A stretch of DNA of 64,000 nt, taken from positions 1 to 64,000 of the IMG/VR virus record IMGVR_UViG_3300031787_000044. The stretch is one strand, 5' to 3'. Source of the DNA: a virus. The translations under genes and the position numbers were made by a program. Each line of letters opens with the position of its first letter. Position 1 is the first letter of the stretch. Below are positions 1 to 9,558 of the stretch, one piece after another. The notes beneath the pieces were generated by a model. That model saw only the letters and a program-made list of their open reading frames with translations, did not search any database and was not told the origin of the DNA.

Positions 1-2
1 AT

Positions 3-194
3 ACAACTTATCTACATAAGGGAATTGCAGCAAGAAGCTTTACTCGTAAGTTTACTCTCGCCGATACGATCGAGGTAAAGGGTGTATCTCTAGAAAAAGG
101 TATGCTAACGATTGAATTGCTCAATGTTGTTCCTGAAGAAAAGAAACCAAAGAAAATTTCAATTGTAAAGAGTAAAGAACTTCTTTTAGAGTGA
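3..194 (+). CDS. hsp20: Small heat-shock protein Hsp20/IbpA family, 3' part (5' end outside window)
   Basis: Manual translation, not in the ORF track: TTYLHKGIAARSFTRKFTLADTIEVKGVSLEKGMLTIELLNVVPEEKKPKKISI...*. This has the alpha-crystallin YLHKGIAxRxFxRxF and GxLxI motifs and the C-terminal IxI motif. Confidence 0.92.
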   Translation, partial: TTYLHKGIAARSFTRKFTLADTIEVKGVSLEKGMLTIELLNVVPEEKKPKKISIVKSKELLLE

Positions 195-197
195 ACG

Positions 198-226
198 AAA
201 AAGGGGAGCGAAAGCTCCCCTTTTTT
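198..226. terminator. Bidirectional rho-independent terminator
   Basis: AAAAA-GGGGAGC-GAAA-GCTCCCC-TTTTTT: a perfect stem with a GNRA loop and A/T tracts on both sides, between the convergent hsp20 and the ORF ending at 225. Confidence 0.93.
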
Positions 227-2033
227 AATACACGCCACCCGGTCTAGACATAGCATCTAAACTGCTGCTTCCTCCAAATGAATTTATGATAGTCGACATG
301 GATCCGCCACTCGAGCTCAGATTCGTTTGACTATTATTTGGGGCATTTATAACAATCGGTTGTGTAGATCTTTGGTTTGTATTCTCAAGCGTATTAAGCT
401 TCATTCTCCAAGAGTCATCAAAGTTTTTTTCTAAGAATTTACCAGCTTCGGTGTTTCTAGGAACCACAGCTTCTAACCCGTGAAGAGTTGCTCTCGTTCC
501 AGAGCCAAAGTTTTCAAAACCGCGAGTTCCTTTCGCATAACCAGCAAACTCGTCAGCAGGATTTGTATAGTCGCTACGAGGTAGAGATCCTCTTCGTGTG
601 TCTCCACCAATTAAATCCTGCATCCACGTAGGAAGCGCGCTGTACACCATGTCTCCTAATTCTGTCACTGAAGGAATGAATGAAAACATTCCTTTTATAG
701 AATCTATTATACTGTTGAACTTTTCGGATATCCAGTCTTGTAACTTAAAAGGTTCTTCAGTCTCTTCAAATCCAAATATGCCTCTTACAAAATTAATTGC
801 CATGTTCACCGGGGCATACACCAAATCTGTTAGTTTACCTAGAGCGCCAAGAAGAGTCATATCTTCTTCTCCAAAGGTAAATAAGTCGGTAACCACGCTT
901 ACGGCAGAAGAGACTCCATTAAATAACGATCCTACGATCTGCTTAAATAGGTCAGCGAAGCTAAATGAATCTAGGACTTCTGCTACTCTATCAAATCCAA
1001 ACACACCGGCGACCCAAGAGACTACATTCTTAAGTAAGTCTAAAGGGGCTGCGATTAGTGACGTAAAGAAACCAGTGATAGCTCCTTCAAACGCGCCGAG
1101 TATTCCTCCTTCAGCGTAACCGGCTATAGCACCCTTTATAGTGTCAAAGACTGTCATGATAATCGCGATTGGGGCAAAGATCTTTCCTACAACCGAACCA
1201 ATTTTACCAATCTGTTTTCCAAGATCTCCTAACCACCCGGTTATTTGTCCAAATGTTGTAGATATTTTTCCAAATATCGTAGATATTTTACTAGGAGAAC
1301 CGGAACTTCCTGACAGGCCTTGGATAGTTTTAAGAGCTTCACTAAACGGCTCAATAAAAGTTTTTAAGGCAGCCTGTATAGCCACAAAAACTTTTGGTAA
1401 ACTAGAAGAACCGCTGCCTGATGAAAATATGCCTTTTAATGTGCCCGCAAAGTTATCAAAGAGTTTTACAAATCCTGCGGTGATTGACGCAAACTTTGTT
1501 GATAAGTTAACTTTAAAATCGTCAAACGCTTTAAATAATCCTGTTCTAATTGACGCGAGCCTCGCCGATAAGTTAGATTTGAAATCGTCAAATATTTTTG
1601 TTAATCCAGGAGCGAATACTTTAAAAACATTTGCGAATGCTTTAAAAAAGGTTTTTATAGCAATGATTTGTCCTCGAATAAGACCAATGGTAACTCCTAT
1701 TGAGGCAGCAAGAGCCGTTGCGCCTGCGGCTAAAACAGCAAATCTCTTAAGAAGGCCGCCTCCAAACAGAGCCGCCAATCCACCAAGAAGACCGCTCAGA
1801 GTGTTGTTTTCACCAGAATTCTGTCTATCACCGTCTCTGCTTCTAGGTGCGGGTGGTGCAGGCGGTGTAGGTGGAACAACATCACGATCTGCACTGGACA
1901 ACTGCCATCTTCTTTCTGCGACCGCAGCCTCTTTTGTCTGCAGTAATAGAATAGACTTTAATATACCGGTCTGTTCTTTAATCGAAACATCAACCGATTC
2001 CATTAGGTTTGCTAGGTCATTAATATCTGCCAT
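225..2033 (-). CDS. Baseplate hub / tail length determinant (gp29-like tape measure protein)
   Basis: 602 aa with long amphipathic G/A/F/I-rich helices. C-terminal 'GYAKGTRG...ATLHGLEAVVP' motif is typical of tape measure proteins. Lies downstream of gp26-gp51 and is similar in size to T4 gp29. Confidence 0.65.
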   Translation of the reverse strand: MADINDLANLMESVDVSIKEQTGILKSILLLQTKEAAVAERRWQLSSADRDVVPPTPPAPPAPRSRDGDRQNSGENNTLSGLLGGLAALFGGGLLKRFAVLAAGATALAASIGVTIGLIRGQIIAIKTFFKAFANVFKVFAPGLTKIFDDFKSNLSARLASIRTGLFKAFDDFKVNLSTKFASITAGFVKLFDNFAGTLKGIFSSGSGSSSLPKVFVAIQAALKTFIEPFSEALKTIQGLSGSSGSPSKISTIFGKISTTFGQITGWLGDLGKQIGKIGSVVGKIFAPIAIIMTVFDTIKGAIAGYAEGGILGAFEGAITGFFTSLIAAPLDLLKNVVSWVAGVFGFDRVAEVLDSFSFADLFKQIVGSLFNGVSSAVSVVTDLFTFGEEDMTLLGALGKLTDLVYAPVNMAINFVRGIFGFEETEEPFKLQDWISEKFNSIIDSIKGMFSFIPSVTELGDMVYSALPTWMQDLIGGDTRRGSLPRSDYTNPADEFAGYAKGTRGFENFGSGTRATLHGLEAVVPRNTEAGKFLEKNFDDSWRMKLNTLENTNQRSTQPIVINAPNNSQTNLSSSGGSMSTIINSFGGSSSLDAMSRPGGVY

Positions 2034-2035
2034 TA

Positions 2036-2206
2036 CTATTTCCTGTTTTGCTCTTCCTGTTTCTTAATAAAGTCTACTATCAAATCAAAATAAAGATCTC
2101 TTTCATACGGCAACATATTTTCTACTTCTGCTATCGAGTAGTTATGGTGTTGAGCCATCCCAAATATTTTTTGGTAATACACATATAGATTAGTATGACT
2201 CAACAT
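2036..2206 (-). CDS. gp51: Baseplate hub assembly catalyst gp51-like (56 aa)
   Basis: Manual translation: MLSHTNLYVYYQKIFGMAQHHNYSIAEVENMLPYERDLYFDLIVDFIKKQEEQNRK. The HHxYSxxExENMxPxER motif is present, and its start overlaps the gp26 stop (TAATG). Confidence 0.85.
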   Translation of the reverse strand: MLSHTNLYVYYQKIFGMAQHHNYSIAEVENMLPYERDLYFDLIVDFIKKQEEQNRK

Positions 2207-2907
2207 TAGATAAAAAAAGACTGCAGCCCTTCAACTACGAAAGACTTCTCTTTTCCTTCAGAGTTAACATACGGTATCTCATGACGAATCTTTGGAATCG
2301 TATCAAAAAAATCTTTCATCTTTTTAACAACATCCCCGTGAAGACTTTCGATAAATTCATCAACTTCTTTTTTGGTGAAGTCTTTAAAGTTAAACACCTC
2401 TTCTTCTGTTACTAACTTATCTATGCAAGAAGTAAGGACTTCAAACGTCTTTTCAGGAGTTACTGTTTCTGGGTCCAACATATCAGACAACATATCTAAA
2501 GATGGGTATTTTAGAATGAGAGTATAATCAGCACCTATCTTAATCTTATTCGTATGTCTTTCATCTTTTATGACTTTTACGTTCGAAAGATTCATACTCA
2601 ACTTAATTCTTTCTTTTGTATCAGGATCCTCAATCTCAAACTCGAGGTTATTATCAACTGATTTAGATCTAATATTAATCAATACGTATTCTATATCGAA
2701 TACTGCTAGATCGTCAACGCTGTAATCAACAAGACAGTTGTTTATGATCTGCATAATAGAAATAATCATCTGTGGTGTGTCTTTTGACTCTTGGGCAGTC
2801 AATAATATTTTTTCTTCTTTTACAGTAAAAGGTCTATACTTGACCTTCTTATTGTTTGAAGGAAGAACGAGCTCATATAAAGGTATGTCAATCTTTGGTA
2901 GTGGCAT
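2206..2907 (-). CDS. gp26: Baseplate hub subunit gp26
   Basis: MPLPKIDIPLYELVLPS..KVKYRPFTVKEEKILL, IRSKSV, KYPS and C-terminal EGLQSFF are characteristic of the T4-like gp26 family. Confidence 0.9.
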   Translation of the reverse strand: MPLPKIDIPLYELVLPSNNKKVKYRPFTVKEEKILLTAQESKDTPQMIISIMQIINNCLVDYSVDDLAVFDIEYVLINIRSKSVDNNLEFEIEDPDTKERIKLSMNLSNVKVIKDERHTNKIKIGADYTLILKYPSLDMLSDMLDPETVTPEKTFEVLTSCIDKLVTEEEVFNFKDFTKKEVDEFIESLHGDVVKKMKDFFDTIPKIRHEIPYVNSEGKEKSFVVEGLQSFFI

Positions 2908-2921
2908 AATTTAGCATCTCC

Positions 2922-3731
2922 TTATCTAAATATATTTCCAATGTTAGTCAATCCAGTTTTAATCTGGCTAAATCCTGATCTTATTCCGGCTATCGCAAGG
3001 TTCGCCCTCGTGAACGCATTTACCGAATCTTGTATAGTGAGTGGAAGAGTCCCTTGTGATATGTACTGGCCTGTTAACCCAACACCGTTAATCAATTCGA
3101 GAAGGCCAGTTCCTCTTGAGAATCTTTCTGTTGGCGATCCCTTTATGGATCCAGAAAATACAATGTGTGAATAGGAAAAGTTTACTGTTGCAGTCGCAAA
3201 AGAATCGTTGTCAGACCAAGCAACATCAACACCACTTATCTGAGTAGGAAATACGTCAAACAAATCATATTGATAGTATCCTTCAAACTCACCATTACTA
3301 TTTGTACTAAAATGTTTTATCGTGATCTTTGCAGCATAGTCGCTCTTATATCCTATTTCAAATGGCAACTGATCTCCAACTTGAGATAACGGGCCATCCG
3401 CATAGTTATAGTTTATTACCGTTTGCATCCACTGATGAAAGAAGCGAAGAACCATATGATCCGAATCCAACATGAACACCGCATTAAACGAATCTGGTTG
3501 GTATGAGGCCGGAATGGATTGTCTTACACCGAAACCGTTTGGAAAATAATCCGTGACTGCATAATTAAGACCTGGGATTGCTGCGCTCTGACAAAAGAAA
3601 CGAAGGTCTCTTACAGACATACCATCGTTAGCAACAGGAAGAGAGGATATCTCTACCAGATACAAGTTCTTTCTGACGGGCCCGCCATACTTGTTCATCG
3701 TGCTTTTAAATTCATTTATATTAAAAGCCAT
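2922..3731 (-). CDS. gp54: Tail-tube-fold baseplate/tail tube initiator (gp54-like)
   Basis: Tail-tube (gp19) family features such as FFCQSAAIPG, FFHQWMQ, DVFPTQI and TVNFSY. Shares its N-terminus MAFNINEFKS with the gp19 at 63931. Confidence 0.7.
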   Translation of the reverse strand: MAFNINEFKSTMNKYGGPVRKNLYLVEISSLPVANDGMSVRDLRFFCQSAAIPGLNYAVTDYFPNGFGVRQSIPASYQPDSFNAVFMLDSDHMVLRFFHQWMQTVINYNYADGPLSQVGDQLPFEIGYKSDYAAKITIKHFSTNSNGEFEGYYQYDLFDVFPTQISGVDVAWSDNDSFATATVNFSYSHIVFSGSIKGSPTERFSRGTGLLELINGVGLTGQYISQGTLPLTIQDSVNAFTRANLAIAGIRSGFSQIKTGLTNIGNIFR

Positions 3732-4340
3732 TTATCTTCCTCTTATGATCTTTCTTGAATCTTGCCAAACTTTAGTCTTTGACGCGCCTTCAAATCTTTC
3801 GGTTGGGAGAAACAAAGCTATATCCCATTCCGTTGGATTTATGTACACCAACCTAGTTCTTACATGATCAGTTAAGTAGTGTTTCACAGTTGGTTTAAAC
3901 TCTTTATATTTTGTTGCGCTGTTTAAAATGTTGTAAGACGTTCTAACCTTCGTCGTTTCATCAAAATTATCATTAGTGGTAACATCATATAAAGCATCCA
4001 TTAATCTTGCTCTTAGCTGTAATGGTAAGTAGTGAAAGTTCATACCAAGAAAGCCACCCTTAGCTCTATTTATTGGAAATATTAACGGAAATCTATCATA
4101 ATATGGTAATGTATCTTTATGCTTAGGATCGTATAGAAACATATACATATGGCCCAGTCTAAAACGATTTTCGTATCTGTCAGTTCCCATTTGACGAATA
4201 AAGCTATCCTCTTGAATCTTTGAGCGAGCAACTCCACTTGCTTGCTCGCGATACCAATCCCTCGCGGCACTAGTTCTCGCCGGAATCTGGCCGGATCTAA
4301 TACCTTTTAAGAGTATGTCGTCAAATATCTTCGCGGCCAT
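3732..4340 (-). CDS. gp2: DNA end protector protein gp2
   Basis: MFLYDPKHKDTLPYYDRFPLIF, GFLGMNFHYLP and PTVKHYL motifs. Adjacent to gp4. Confidence 0.92.
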   Translation of the reverse strand: MAAKIFDDILLKGIRSGQIPARTSAARDWYREQASGVARSKIQEDSFIRQMGTDRYENRFRLGHMYMFLYDPKHKDTLPYYDRFPLIFPINRAKGGFLGMNFHYLPLQLRARLMDALYDVTTNDNFDETTKVRTSYNILNSATKYKEFKPTVKHYLTDHVRTRLVYINPTEWDIALFLPTERFEGASKTKVWQDSRKIIRGR

Positions 4341-4799
4341 TTATTTTATTCCTAACTGATCTTCCGTAAACACTTCAAATTTCCATCCTCTTTCTATACA
4401 ATACTTTCTCGCTGCTATCCATTTTGCTTCATTTATTCCATATGTCTTAACTTCGTTGATATATCTTCTAGAAATTCTTCCAGTAGGTGTAGCGTTCTTT
4501 TTTCTTATGTCAGGTGGTTTCGTTTGTGCTTTAGGCTTTATCTCAATCATGATTGTTTCTATCGTGCCATCCGGTATCTTTTTTCTCATGACCACGTCGG
4601 GGAAATATCTGTGCATTCTTCCATCAATCGGAGACATGTATGGTACTACGTATTCTTCAGAAGCCCACCATATTACATCGGGGTGATCATCGAGATATTT
4701 AAAGAACTTAAACTCCCACAGAGAACGATATATAATTTTACTAGGATCGCCCTTATACTTGTCTGGATTCTTTGGACGAAACCTCCCTTTATAAGACAT
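4341..4799 (-). CDS. gp4: Head completion nuclease gp4 (TnsA-like)
   Basis: YKGRFRPKNPDKYKGD, IIYRSLWE, HRYFPD, EIKP and NEAKW motifs. Start moved to ATG 4799, which has a GAGG RBS upstream. Confidence 0.93.
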   Translation of the reverse strand: MSYKGRFRPKNPDKYKGDPSKIIYRSLWEFKFFKYLDDHPDVIWWASEEYVVPYMSPIDGRMHRYFPDVVMRKKIPDGTIETIMIEIKPKAQTKPPDIRKKNATPTGRISRRYINEVKTYGINEAKWIAARKYCIERGWKFEVFTEDQLGIK

Positions 4800-4818
4800 T
4801 ATTTCCTCAATTTTTCGA

Positions 4819-4850
4819 TATAAATACAATCAAACTACAATCTATTTATA
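4819..4850. promoter_or_regulatory. Pair of face-to-face T4-type late promoters (gp55 sigma)
   Basis: TATAAATA at 4819-4826 (+) and at 4843-4850 (-), between the divergent gp4 and gp48. Confidence 0.88.
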
Positions 4851-4862
4851 AAGGAAATCGAT

Positions 4863-5816
4863 GTGGATAGAGCTCAAGACATAGTACGAGCGAGCAAGAG
4901 ACAGAGTGTAGCTGGAGTCACGCAGTTCCCTCGCGACCTTGGTGCTCACGCTACACTTTTGATTTTTGATAAGTATAAGTATTCACCTCCTGGAGAAAGA
5001 GCACTAAACAAAGTAGGAAGCACCGGTTTTAACTCGCAACTCGTTTCTGGAAGAGAAGCGATACTACTACCTCTTCCTTCGAACATAGAAGACTCTTACA
5101 ATATTAGAGTGCAGGGTTACGATGCGGAAATATCCGGCGAAGCTGTTTCTCGAGCTGCTTCAGGATTTGCTGGAGCTGGAGATTTAACTCTAGGTAATCT
5201 TGCATCCTCATTGAGCGCAGCTCTTCCAGGTTTTGATTTGGACTCCCTTCTTAATCCTGACACAGAAAATATTTCAAAGAATGTGGCATTTCTTGGTAGA
5301 AGAACGGCCGAAAAACTTCTTCCTGGATCCGCAAGAGCAATAAGTGCTGGTGTTGGAAACGCCGTAAACCCAAAGGCTTCTCTATATTTCGATGGAGTGA
5401 CTTTAAAGCAGCCCAACTTCGCGTGGAACCTCTCTCCACTGAACCCAGAGGATTCCGTATTACTAAAATCTATTATACAAACTATAAGAAAAAACATACT
5501 ACCTTCGTATAGTACTGCAGTAGGTCTTCCAAGGGCTCTCTTAAACTATCCTAGTACAGTTGATATTTTCTTTTTAGGCGTAGACCAATCTTATTTCTTA
5601 TATTACAAAACCTGCATGGTTCAAAGCTTTTCAACAAACTTCACACCAAATGGATTAACTATGTTAAGAGGCGGCAAGCCAGCTTCTATTACTATGAACA
5701 TGGGTCTGATTGAATCTGATATTCATACATCCGAAGATTATGGTGGGAGTTCAACCGAAAGTTTAGACGTAGCATCATTAACACAAGATACCAATGGACC
5801 TGGAGCTGGAAGATAA
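4863..5816 (+). CDS. gp48: Baseplate tail tube cap gp48
   Basis: ILLPLPSNIED, AVNPKASLYFDGV..FAWNLSP, YP and NFTPNG motifs. Lies upstream of gp53. Confidence 0.8.
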   Translation: MDRAQDIVRASKRQSVAGVTQFPRDLGAHATLLIFDKYKYSPPGERALNKVGSTGFNSQLVSGREAILLPLPSNIEDSYNIRVQGYDAEISGEAVSRAASGFAGAGDLTLGNLASSLSAALPGFDLDSLLNPDTENISKNVAFLGRRTAEKLLPGSARAISAGVGNAVNPKASLYFDGVTLKQPNFAWNLSPLNPEDSVLLKSIIQTIRKNILPSYSTAVGLPRALLNYPSTVDIFFLGVDQSYFLYYKTCMVQSFSTNFTPNGLTMLRGGKPASITMNMGLIESDIHTSEDYGGSSTESLDVASLTQDTNGPGAGR

Positions 5817-6199
5817 TGTCTGGAGAATATTTCGATAAAATTCCTGAGATAACATATAACAACGTCTTAGTAAGAGACGTATCTAGAAGAGTCGCGTTTC
5901 TTAAAAATTCTATACAAAATCCGTATGTATTTCTTCCTTATACTATCGAGGAAGGCGATCGCGCCGAAGACGTTGCTTTTCACTACTATGGTGATCCAAA
6001 CTATTCTTGGATGATATATCTCGCAAACGATATTATCGACCCATATAACGAATGGCCTATGGACGAATACACCTTCCATCAATATATTATTGAAAAGTAT
6101 AAAGATAGGGCTGGCGGAAGAACTGGATATGATGTTCTAGCTTGGGCACAAGACACTACTAGAACAGATAACGTAGCTTATTTTTATAAAGAGGTATAA
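5816..6199 (+). CDS. gp53: Baseplate wedge protein gp53, N-terminal (LysM-like) half
   Basis: YFDKIPEITY, YTIEEGDRAEDVAFHYYGDPNYSWMIYLANDIIDPYNEWP. Confidence 0.88.
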   Translation: MSGEYFDKIPEITYNNVLVRDVSRRVAFLKNSIQNPYVFLPYTIEEGDRAEDVAFHYYGDPNYSWMIYLANDIIDPYNEWPMDEYTFHQYIIEKYKDRAGGRTGYDVLAWAQDTTRTDNVAYFYKEV

Positions 6200-6201
6200 T
6201 C

Positions 6202-6450
6202 GTGGCAGATTTTATTAAGCTGGCACCGGATAGTTTTAGAACTCTCTTTCTTCGTAAAGAAGATAGAGTCATATTAAGAACGGAAGCTGGCAGGCGTATT
6301 ATTATAAAAAGAATCATTCCCGAAGAATGGGCGCCGTATCGTTTCTATGAGTACGAACAGGCATTGAATGATAATAAAAGAAACATACAACTCATCGATC
6401 GCACGTATGTTTCGCAGATAGAGAAAGAACTTAGAGACAAGTTTAAATGA
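6202..6450 (+). CDS. gp53 C-terminal segment encoded as a separate ORF
   Basis: YEYEQALNDNKRNIQLIDRTYVSQIEKEL resembles the C-terminus of T4-like gp53. Has its own GAGG RBS and a GTG start. Confidence 0.72.
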   Translation: MADFIKLAPDSFRTLFLRKEDRVILRTEAGRRIIIKRIIPEEWAPYRFYEYEQALNDNKRNIQLIDRTYVSQIEKELRDKFK

Positions 6451-7745
6451 GTGATGAATACATCATACCAGGGCACTATAAGTTACTATCCGCAGTTATA
6501 ACAACACTGACGGGTAAGCAGATCGATATTGTCAACATGATACCGGTGTTTTCAATCGAGGAATCTATAAACAAAGATTCTATACGAGGGTTTGCGACTA
6601 TCTATGATAATATTGGTTTTATAGAAGATCTTCCTCTAAGAGGAGAAGAGACTCTTACTATAGAAGTTGAAGATGCTCTTAAGAAAAAAATAACATACGA
6701 TCTTAGACTTTATAAGATATCTGATGTGGAGATTAAAAAGACAAACGACGGTTTGATATATAAGATATTTTTTATGTCAAATTCTAGTTATAACGCGATG
6801 TTCAATAAGATCATACAATCATTTAATAACTCTATTTCAACTATAGCCAAAGAAATTTTTGACAAAAATTATCTAGGTCAAAGCCGTATAGTTGTAGAAC
6901 CTACTGTTGGTATGTTTAGATGTGTAATGCCGAACTATAATCCTATGCAAGCTTTAAACTTTCTTGCACAGCGTGCTTATAGCCCTGGAAATCCGTCTTC
7001 TTCATTTAGGTTTTTTGAAACATCTAACTCTTACTATTTTGTCACCGACGAGTATTTAATTAAGGAAGCGCGCGAAAACATAGATTCTGTAAAAGAATTT
7101 ACATATAGTGATGCTATCGAAAAAACTGGAAGCAATCTTGTTAGTCAAATGCAGAATCTTATTGAGATAAGAAATACTGATCGCATTAACACGGTGGAAG
7201 ATATTCTTAATGGAGCTTATCGTTCAAGAACTATAGAGATAGACATAAATTATAGAAGAGTCAATCTTCCTGGAAAATCAAATGAAAATGAATACATTTA
7301 TGAAAATGAGAAAACTAAGTACGCCAAGATGACTGAAAATTCTGTAGTGGATGTAAGTCAAGAGCGTCACTCTCCAGAATTTGTTGACGCGTATTTCACC
7401 GAACAGAATGAAAAGAGATATATTGTTATTAAAGATTGGGATGAAGGAAGCGCAGGACAGATAAGAGGTGATCAATTTCTTCCTGAGATAGTTATGAATA
7501 GAACCGCGTACCGCCATCACCTAGGAACAGTCACGGTGCATGCAAAAGCAAACGGAAGACTCGATATTAACGCTGGCAATATCGTAAACTTGAAGATACC
7601 TGAATTTAAATCATCGTCAAGTGTAGACTTAAATAAACAGTTATCAGGATATTACATAGTTAGTGATCTTACACATTATTTTGAAAGGGACAATCATCAG
7701 ACGATTATGAAATTAATCAAGTATGATTGGGATACTCGCGAATGA
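6447..7745 (+). CDS. Baseplate hub protein (gp27-like)
   Basis: SIEESI..RG, LPLRGEE, FRFFET, and GNIVNLKIP...LSGYYIVSDLTHYF motifs. Lies between gp53 and gp5. Confidence 0.7.
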   Translation: MSDEYIIPGHYKLLSAVITTLTGKQIDIVNMIPVFSIEESINKDSIRGFATIYDNIGFIEDLPLRGEETLTIEVEDALKKKITYDLRLYKISDVEIKKTNDGLIYKIFFMSNSSYNAMFNKIIQSFNNSISTIAKEIFDKNYLGQSRIVVEPTVGMFRCVMPNYNPMQALNFLAQRAYSPGNPSSSFRFFETSNSYYFVTDEYLIKEARENIDSVKEFTYSDAIEKTGSNLVSQMQNLIEIRNTDRINTVEDILNGAYRSRTIEIDINYRRVNLPGKSNENEYIYENEKTKYAKMTENSVVDVSQERHSPEFVDAYFTEQNEKRYIVIKDWDEGSAGQIRGDQFLPEIVMNRTAYRHHLGTVTVHAKANGRLDINAGNIVNLKIPEFKSSSSVDLNKQLSGYYIVSDLTHYFERDNHQTIMKLIKYDWDTRE

Positions 7746-9541
7746 GAGAAACTGGTGTAGGTATATACGATCCTCTATTCTTTATTGGCGTTGTGGAAAA
7801 TAACGTTGATGAGCGTTTAGAAAAGAGAGTACAAGTTAGAGCATTTGGTGTACACGGAACCGTTGACCAAATTCCAACTGAAGATCTTCCATGGGCAATA
7901 TTAGTATATGGAAGCTTTGATCCAAACTCTCCGCTGCCACGCATAAATCAATTCGTCTTTGGGATGTTTCTTGACGGAAGGGACGCTCAGCAACCATTGG
8001 TATTAGGTATAATACCTACACAGATGACTGAGGTTGTAAATCCTCAAGTTACTGGGTGGGGATACATTCCCGAAAAGAATGCAAGAATATTATCTGTAGG
8101 GTCTAATCCGGAAGATATAGGCCAGCCAATGAATTCTAAATTGGAAAGAGGCGAGAATATAGAAGAAACGTATGTTCTTAATCAAGAGTTAAGTAGAATT
8201 AAGAACATCCCAATAGCGAACGACGGCGATACTTTTGAAGAACCTGCTCCGGCATATAATTCAGAGTACCCGTTCAATAGAGTGATAGAAACTTCCAGTC
8301 ACTCGATCGAGTTAGATGACACGCCTGGTGCAGAAAGAATAACTATCTTTCATAAATCTGGGTCGTACATATCAATAGACACAAATGGTACAACAGTAAA
8401 TAAATCTATTGGTGATAAGTATGAGATAAACGATACACATCAGCACATTTATGTTGGCGGGAAAAATATAGTTACGATTGAAGGCGATAGTAAAGTTCTT
8501 GTAAAAGGTAACAAGATAGAAGAGATAGAAGGTGACTATCAGCAAATCGTTCACGGAAATCATATTCTTTCTGTCGGCGGGCAATTAAATCTAAATGGTA
8601 GTGATGAAGTTCAACTGAGAGCGGCTAAAGTTAGAATACACGCAAACGTTGAGAACGTTAATATTAAAGCAGCCACAAACGTAAACATTCAGTCCGCGGC
8701 AGACATTAATATTAAATCCGAGGGAATGTACATCACCGCGTCAGGAGACCTCGACCTTAAAGGAGATCACGTAAAGGCTGGCAGTGGTGCGAAGGTAAGC
8801 ATAAATGCAGCTCTAGTCGCGATAGACGATAGAGTTCATATGGCGATGGGCGAGGCGGATGATCCTGAACCGGCAGGCCCTGCCGAAGGAGCCGATCTTC
8901 CAGAACCAACCGCAAAGGGTACGAGTTCTACTCAACACAGAAACAGCAGTTCTAGTGGCAGCGCTGGATACACATCGCAAGACGATGGCGAATCAGACAC
9001 CGCAGCGAATAACGAAGCACAGAATACAACAAATCAAAAACTCACGAGCGCGGATGTTCAAGAAATACTACAAGGCGAGGAACCTCTTCAAGCTAGATCT
9101 CAGGCCGAAGCATTTCTTGGAAGAAAGCTTTCTGATAGCGAATGGAATAATCTAGTGGCTGCTACAGTTGCAGAGTCGCTTCCGAACAGTCCTCAGGAAC
9201 AAGCCGGAATCATGGCCGTCATTCTAAATAGAGTAAAAAGTTCTCAGTATCCAAACACAGTTAATGAAGTTCTGTTGCAACCAGGACAGTTCCAAGCCGT
9301 GACTGGAACAAGGAACAATCCTGGCCCCGTTAGAAACTTTACGAGCCCAGATGAAAGACAGATGGCAAGTACAATACGTGGAGTAAATCAATATCTTGGA
9401 ACTATGAGTCCAAATTGGTTAAACTTTACTTCGAATATTTCTGCCGCATACGGCCCAGGAACAAACATTGGCTTTAGAGATACTGTTAGAAACTCGAAAG
9501 ATTCCAGAGTTATAGGCGGAACAGTGTTTGGAACCGTTTAA
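7742..9541 (+). CDS. gp5: Baseplate hub spike gp5 with C-terminal SleB-like cell-wall hydrolase (Hydrolase_2) domain
   Basis: Gp5 OB fold (FFIGVVENNVD..RVQVRAFGVH..LPWA, FGMFLDG..QQPLVLG), YPFNRVIET..HSIELDDTPGAERI and beta-helix repeats. C-terminal ATVAES...QAGIMAVILNRVKSSQYPNTVNEVLLQPGQFQAV. Start set at the ATGA overlap, 7742. Confidence 0.88.
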   Translation: MRETGVGIYDPLFFIGVVENNVDERLEKRVQVRAFGVHGTVDQIPTEDLPWAILVYGSFDPNSPLPRINQFVFGMFLDGRDAQQPLVLGIIPTQMTEVVNPQVTGWGYIPEKNARILSVGSNPEDIGQPMNSKLERGENIEETYVLNQELSRIKNIPIANDGDTFEEPAPAYNSEYPFNRVIETSSHSIELDDTPGAERITIFHKSGSYISIDTNGTTVNKSIGDKYEINDTHQHIYVGGKNIVTIEGDSKVLVKGNKIEEIEGDYQQIVHGNHILSVGGQLNLNGSDEVQLRAAKVRIHANVENVNIKAATNVNIQSAADINIKSEGMYITASGDLDLKGDHVKAGSGAKVSINAALVAIDDRVHMAMGEADDPEPAGPAEGADLPEPTAKGTSSTQHRNSSSSGSAGYTSQDDGESDTAANNEAQNTTNQKLTSADVQEILQGEEPLQARSQAEAFLGRKLSDSEWNNLVAATVAESLPNSPQEQAGIMAVILNRVKSSQYPNTVNEVLLQPGQFQAVTGTRNNPGPVRNFTSPDERQMASTIRGVNQYLGTMSPNWLNFTSNISAAYGPGTNIGFRDTVRNSKDSRVIGGTVFGTV

Positions 9542-9558
9542 TAAGGAGTTATTAAGAC

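Noticed and set aside
8-256. 82 aa minus-strand ORF from the track
   Set aside because: It is antisense to the clear Hsp20 frame and crosses the terminator.
598-2067. Plus-strand ORFs of 173 and 308 aa
   Set aside because: They are antisense shadows of the tape-measure-like gene, with no motifs.
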